NCBI RefSeq assembly: GCF_964355755.1
Contig: NC_092672.1
Location: forward strand, 17,125,237 to 17,189,236
DNA from: Antedon mediterranea
Taxonomy: Eukaryota; Animalia; Echinodermata
Reading direction: 5' to 3'
DNA: 64,000 bases
How positions within the stretch are numbered: the first letter of the stretch is position 1; every line of letters starts with the position of its first letter. The notes beneath the pieces are model-generated. The model made no database searches, was not told the origin of the DNA, and saw only the letters and a list, made by a program, of their open reading frames with translations. Made by a program: the position numbers and the translations under genes. Shown here piece by piece: positions 57,491 to 64,000 of the stretch.

Positions 57491-57700
57491 GTTCGATAAT
57501 TCTTTAGAAAAAAAAAAACTACCACAACAAAATCATTACATTATTACAATGCGTGTACCAAAATGCAAGACAGAAAAAAATTATTTATATGCACATATTA
57601 TTTATTTTTGAAAAAAAAAAAAACATAATCATTCAACAACAACAACGCTGTTATATATGTATTATCAAATACAAATGTTTTCAACTGCCTCTCGCTTGAA

Positions 57701-58104
57701 TCACATGATATCTTGTAACGAAGGAGGGTGAGTGGAATGATTAGGTAGACTTGAGTTCAAGGTCCATATGATGCAAACGACGACGATGATGATGATTCCA
57801 AACAGCAATCCTGCAATAGACCATCTCTTTGCCGATCGTGCTGATCTGGCTGCACCCTCACCGTCACCGTAGTCGAACTTTCTCGAACTCTGTAAAAGTA
57901 AAAGAATAGAAACTAAAATAGATTAAAAAAAATTTAAAAAAACGTGGTGATGGGATGAGGTTGTAGAGGAAATAGATTACTTACATCTACGCTGTACACG
58001 ATTCCTATAATACCGAATGGAATACAGCATAATAAAGTCACGAGTATAGCTGAAATCAGGTAATTGTTAGGTCTTCTCGCCACTATACGGGAAACAGATT
58101 GCAT
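57701..58104 (-). CDS. CD225/dispanin (IFITM/PRRT-like) membrane protein, two exons (58104-57985, 57889-57701), 102 aa
   Basis: PNNYLISAILVTLLCCIPFGIIGIVYSVD|SSRKFDYGDGEGAARSARSAKRWSIAGLLFGII; donor GAT|gtaagt and acceptor ttttacag|AGT, phase 0. Confidence 0.9.
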
Positions 58105-58328
58105 GACAAAAGCATTCTCTTTCTCTCCAATGTACACGTACACAAATACACTCTAATCGATACTCTTATTGCATTACGAAAAACAGCAGCGTGAACAAAA
58201 AAAAAACAAAAAAACAACGAATCATCTTCAAATGGTAGTCAACACCGCTTATTCAAGCTGGACGTTGATTGGCTGTTTGGGTCTATATATACGTTAACTC
58301 GCTCACCGTGCATTCGTCAGTAGTCATC

Positions 58329-59466
58329 ATGGATCATTGCGATATGGACATGTTTTTAGAAAACCTATTAGCGTTCAATTCAACAGACGACGACATATTA
58401 AAGAGGGCAATGTTGGAATTGAAAACTGGTTCGACCGGGTCGAACCAGTTTTCATGGAGTACCAACAAGAAGATGATATAGCATAAGAACAACAACCACA
58501 CCCATCACCACCACCACCACCGACGCCGCAAGAATCAACAAAGGCAAACACGATGATAAATGTTCGAGGCAGTCTCGGTAAACTAATTGCTTTCTGCGAT
58601 GGATCTGAACATACACTAACGCAATCATACGGTCGCCATCATGCCGATAACTGTAAAACGACGCATGCGACTAGAGTTGACTAGAGTTGACCCTGGAAAA
58701 CGAATTGGACAACGGTAAACTGGAAGAGTTGCAAATTACGGTGACCAACAACAACCGTATATTGTTATTGCATAAACAAGAAAAAAGAACCTATCACTGC
58801 GGTGCGGACATGAAGTATCCCATAACTTTGCACGGTGCCTTTTCCACACCGTGCGCATCGGAGAAAAAGAATGGTGTTGCCACCGCCATTGCGAATATTG
58901 CCAAAACCAATTCAATCAACAAAACACTATTTGCTAGATTTGTTGGACGAGCGATGGAATCACATGCAAGCAGTGATTGGACTGCCATAATAAACATTCT
59001 TCAGATATCAGATCAAATGACGGTATTAAAAGAAAAATGTGAGTACAAACGAAAACGAATCTTAAAAGATTCTCTAATGGACAAGTATCCATCAACGAGA
59101 AGTTTTATTAGTGATGTAAATAATCTACCCTCATCTAACATTGGCATTCAACAACTCGTAAGCCTATTGGAGCAGGCACGCCAAGATTTACGTGAAACAG
59201 AAACCAAATTGAGTACTTTACAAACACAATTCAATACCATGTTGATAGAATTCCAAAATCACATCACCAAATCGGAAGAAAGAGAAATCAAATATCAACA
59301 AGTAATAGAAAATATGCAAAAACGAGAAACCGATATGGTTTCTACGTTTCAAGACAGTTTGCTTTCGATGGCCGATACTTTGCGTGATGAGATGCGCCAA
59401 CAACTGACAAAACGAAAGCGTCTTCCTCAATGCGCCAATATTAAGAAAAAACAACGAATCCATTGA
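58329..59466 (+). pseudogene. Coiled-coil protein with NLS-like end; 5' part disrupted
   Basis: 259-aa open frame at 58687-59466 starting at a non-ATG codon; an upstream ATG fragment at 58329 follows CCAAT- and TATA-like motifs; tandem ctagagttga duplication at 58671-58690. Confidence 0.45.
58420..58454. other. Perfect 35-bp palindrome (17-bp arms, 1-nt centre)
   Basis: TGAAAACTGGTTCGACC-G-GGTCGAACCAGTTTTCA. Confidence 0.95.
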
Positions 59467-59717
59467 CTTTAAAAAAAAACAAACATTGTTGTTGTTTTTG
59501 TAGTAATTTTGTTGTTGTTAGTAATTTTTTATTGTACAAATCAATGCCGTAATTGTAGTAGTAGTAATAGTAGTAGTGATAATAATAATAATTAAACGTT
59601 TCATTATTTCTATTTATAATTTATTGTACAAATCAATGCAATTTTAACGTTGCGTCTACCTCAATATAATAGTAACAACGAATTCATTAAGAAAACTAAA
59701 AATTGTAGTGTAGTAAT

Positions 59718-62700
59718 AATCAATTCAATGCCGCAATAAACATTGTAGTAATAGTAGTGATAATACAATTAAACGTTTGAAAGAAAAAAAAAATATTGTG
59801 TTTTTTCTCTCTTCCAACGCGATGACGACGACGACGACAGAATTTTATGTGATTGTGAGAATGTTGATGAAGAAATAAAGAGAGAGAGAGAGAGACATGG
59901 ATACGGTTTGCTTAGACACCCATGGATATTGACACCGTCAGTCCAGTCAAAAAATCACCCTCACCATGGTATAAGAACGTACCCTAATAAAATTTCATCC
60001 GTAGGTTCTATGTATATAGGTAATAACATTTCTTGATGGTTGCGTCTTGCAAAACTTGGGATTTTACGAGAAAATTAGACTTTTTATACCCAATTTATAA
60101 CCGCCTCATGTCGTATTATTGTGTACAGCGAATGCGACGAAGCGTGACTGAAATTACGAGACGCCGTTAGCGCCCGTTGAAAAATGCATTAACAAAGCTA
60201 AAAACGTACAAAATTAATAGTTTATACAAAAATTTAAATATAGTTTACAATAAATTGTATAATAAAATACATAACATTATAAACAAAACCCAATTATAAA
60301 CTAAAATATTTACAGATATGTGTTTAAAAATGTACAAATCAAAATGGCCTTTCATAGAATAAAGTGCGCCCTCACGCGTCATACTTTTATCGGACTTGTA
60401 TGAATGATTATAATATACGAAACCCGATGCGGTTTGTTAGTTATTGCCTCTGCAAGAGGCAGAATATTATTATTATATTTTCACAAATATATTTCTAGTT
60501 TTTATTATGGAAAAAAAAAAGGATTGTATATATTTAAACACATTAAAACCTCCAGTCTACCATCATGATGGATTAAGTGAAGCGCCGTATTGTATCTGCT
60601 AAACGGTAATGATCTCCTAGTTATCTGGTTAGCCTATATTCTTGACATTCTTTTTCTAACAGCATTACTTGCGCGGATATCACAATGCATTGTTTATTCG
60701 CGATTATAGTCAATGTTAAGTTGAGTAAGCCGCGCAATCAGTAACATGCATAACATGCCGTGCATTCATCGCGCGTTGTATAATTATTATACATGGTTTC
60801 TTAAATCCAAACACACTCTTATTCTAGAATGTTCATGTAGATACATACACCGTCTGTTTACCGATCGAGTTGATACGGTCGTGCAATCAGTAAGAGGCAT
60901 AACATGCCGTGCATTCATCGCGTGTTGTATACCGAGAGAACCAATTTAAAATATTGTTTACTTCGAGAAGAAGCAATACACCGTCTCTTTTTACCGATCG
61001 AGTTGATACGGTCGCGCAATCAGTAACAGGCATAACATGCCGTGCATTCATCGCGTGTTGTATATATACAATAATGTTTATAACTTTCCAGATCATACTT
61101 CTTATTCTATTCGATTACAGTTTCTAATGATAGCATACTTCAGGAAACAGCGCGAGTCAATGTTTTCAAGCATTCAGTTCACCCAAACGGAGAGAGAACA
61201 CTACCCGTTCCCTCTTCTTGTATACGATATGTTCGTAACCTTCTAGATGATACTTCTTACTCTATTGGTATTACAGTTTCTAATCATACTTTTGGAATGT
61301 TTCTGATTGTTCTTATAATAATTATTATACACGGTTTCTTAAAATCTAAACACATTCTAGAATGTCCATGTACATGTTACTGTATAATGTTGGAAAATTT
61401 TATGATGACGGTTAAACATATTCAATACCGAGTGGCAGAGGCACGCATTATAGGCGAGATATAATATTATCTAACTTGCCGTTTAAGACAATTGCATTGG
61501 TTCGATGTATGAAATGACCCTTTAACAGTTGTATGACAAAACCATTCTTCAATACTCCCGCACCAATGGACAATGCATGTCTCTTATTGTAAACGCTTTC
61601 AACTTGGTCATCTGTCATCATTGTTTAGAACAAAAAAGAGACAGAAAACTGGTACCCGTTTGCATTCATTGGATGTATGAAATGACCCTTTTAACAGTTT
61701 TATGAGAAAATTATTCTTCAATACACGCGCACCAAAGAGGACAGTGCGTGTCTGTTATTGTAAACGCATTCGACTTGGTCATCTGTCATCGATAATTCTT
61801 TAGAACAAAAAAGAGACAGAAAACTGGTACCCGTTTGCATTCGTTTAATCAATTCAATGCCGCAATTTGTAGTAATAGTAGTGATAATACAATTAAACGT
61901 TTGAAAGAAAAAAAAAATATTGTGTTTTTTCTCTCTTCCAACGCGATGACGACGACGACAGAATGTTATGTGATTGTGAGAATGTTGATAAAGAGAGAGA
62001 GAGAGAGAGAGAGACATGGATACGGTTTGCTTAGACACCCATGGATATTGAATGTTGAGTCCAGTCAAAAAATCACCCTCACCATGGTATAAGAACGTAC
62101 CCTAATAAAATTTCATCCGTAGGTTCTATGTATATAGGTAATAACATTTCTTGATGTTGCGTCTTGCAAAACTTGGGATTTTACGAGAAAATTAGACTTT
62201 TTATACCCAATTTATAACCGTCTCATGTCGTATTATTGTGTACAGCGAATGCGACGAAGCGTGACTGAAATTACGAGACGCCGTTAGCGCCCGTTGAAAA
62301 ATGCATTAACAAAGCTAAAAACCTACAAAATTAATAGTTTATACAAAAATTTAAATATAGTTTACAATAAATTGTATAATAAAATACATAAAATTATAAA
62401 GAAAACCCAATTATAAACTAAAATATTTACAGATATGTGTTTAAAAATGTACAAATCAAAATGGCCTTTCATAGAATAAAGTGCGCCCTCACGCGTCATA
62501 CTTTTATCGGACTTGTATGAATGATTATAATATACAAGGCATTAATATACGAAACCCGATGCGGTTTGTTAGTTTATTGCCTCTGCAAGAGGCAGAATTT
62601 TATTATTATATTTTCACAAATGTATTTCTAGTTTTTATCATGGAAAAAAAAAAGGATTGTATATATTTAAACACATTACAACCTCCAGTCTACCATCATG

Positions 62701-64000
62701 ATGGATTAAGTGAAGCGCCGTATTGTATCTGCTAAAGCGTAATGATCTCCTAGTTGTTTGGTTAGCCTATATTCTGGACATTCTTTTTTTAACAGCATTA
62801 CTTGCGCGGATATCACAATGCATTGTTTATTCGCGATTATAGTCAATGTTAAGTTGAGTAAGCCGCGCAATCAGTAACATGCATAACATGCCGTGCATTC
62901 ATCGCGCGTTGTATAATTATTATACATGGTTTCTTAAATCCAAACACACTCTTATTCTAGAATGTTCATGTAGATACATACACCGTCTCTTTACCGATCG
63001 AGTTGATACGGTCGTGCAATCAATAAGAGGCATAACATGCCGTGCATTCGTCGCCTGTTGTATATATACAATAATGTTTATAACTTTCCAGATCATACTT
63101 CTTATTCTATTCGATTACAGTTTCTAATGATAGCATACTTTAGGAAACAGCGCGAGTCAATGTTTTCAAGCATTCAGTTCACCCAAACGGAGAGAGAACA
63201 CTACCCGTTCCCTCTTCTTCCTTGTATACGATATGTTCGTAACCTTCTAGATGATACTTCTTACTCTATTGGTATTACAGTTTCTAATCATACTTTTGGA
63301 ATGTTTCTGATTGTTCTTATAATAATTATTATACACGGTTTCTTAAAATCTAAACACATTCTAGAATGTCCATGTACATGTTACTGTATAATGTTGGAAA
63401 ATTTTATGATGACGGTTAAACATATTCAATACCGAGTGGCAGAGGCACGCATTATAGGCGAGATATATTATCTAACTTGCCGTTTAAGACAATTGCATTG
63501 GTTCGATGTATGAAATGACCCTTTAACAGTTGTATGACAAAACCATTCTTCAATACTCCCGCACCAATGGACAATGCATGTCTCTTATTGTAAACGCTTT
63601 CAACTTGGTCATCTGTCATCATTGTTTAGAACAAAAAAGAGACAGAAAACTGGTACCCGTTTGCATTCATTGGATGTATGAAATGACCCTTTTAACAGTT
63701 TTATGAGAAAATTATTCTTCAATACACGCGCACCAAAGAGGACAGTGCGTGGCTGTTATTGTAAACGCATTCAACTTGGTCATCTGTCATCGATAATTCT
63801 TTAGAACAAAAAAGAGACAGAAAACTGGTACCCGTTTGCATTTGGTCGATATATGAAATGACCCTTTAACCGTTTTATGAGAAAATTATTCTTCAATACA
63901 CCCAGCACAAAGGAGGACAGTGTCATGGTCATTGGTCATCATCAATCATTCGTTCGATAATTCTTTAGAACAAAAATAATAGATACTTTTGGAATGTTTT
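59718..64000. repeat. Tandem segmental duplication with a ~2.13-kb unit; 62860-64000 also copies 55935-57075
   Basis: Units start at about 59718 and 61847; matching ORFs at 60746/62879 (offset 2133) and 56112/63037 (offset 6925). Confidence 0.9.

Larger units (their letters stand above)
1..64000. mobile_element. Endogenous (integrated) herpesvirus-like genome segment with secondary host transposon insertions; both ends probably extend beyond the window
   Basis: Spliced herpes-type terminase; tightly packed, overlapping, CpG-rich ORFs at 1-19.5, 23.8-28 and 36-42.6 kb; interrupted by AT-rich, CpG-poor, intron-containing eukaryotic DNA transposons. Viral origin of 43-64 kb is less certain. Confidence 0.8.

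Overview
This window looks like part of a divergent herpesvirus-like (Herpesvirales) genome integrated in an animal chromosome, probably an invertebrate one. The key evidence is a DNA-packaging terminase split into three exons on the minus strand (16179-15484, 5553-4987, 4124-3591). All splice sites are canonical and in frame, and the first junction sits where HSV UL15 has it. Its introns hold other viral genes: UL92/VLTF3-like and UL49/VLTF2-like late-transcription candidates, a 1688-aa coiled-coil protein and a Snf7/ESCRT-III-like protein. A portal-like ORF next to exon 3 is broken by a single stop codon. Beyond the core lie apparently host-derived accessory genes, several with introns: a GPI-anchored laminin-G repeat protein, a spliced tandem-DED vFLIP and a decayed paralogue, a NEMO/ABIN-type zinc-finger remnant, a Bcl-2-like ORF, a spliced death-domain gene, Kelch-like proteins and a spliced CD225/IFITM-like gene. 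Host-type elements have inserted into it: a decayed Chapaev (N-RAG-like) transposon, a MITE, an Academ element with long TIRs and a 3-bp TSD, and a Penelope-type hammerhead. About 43-56 kb is a modular tandem array with a ~3.2-kb higher-order period, and 59.7-64 kb is segmentally duplicated. All protein assignments come from reading motifs by eye; no searches were run.
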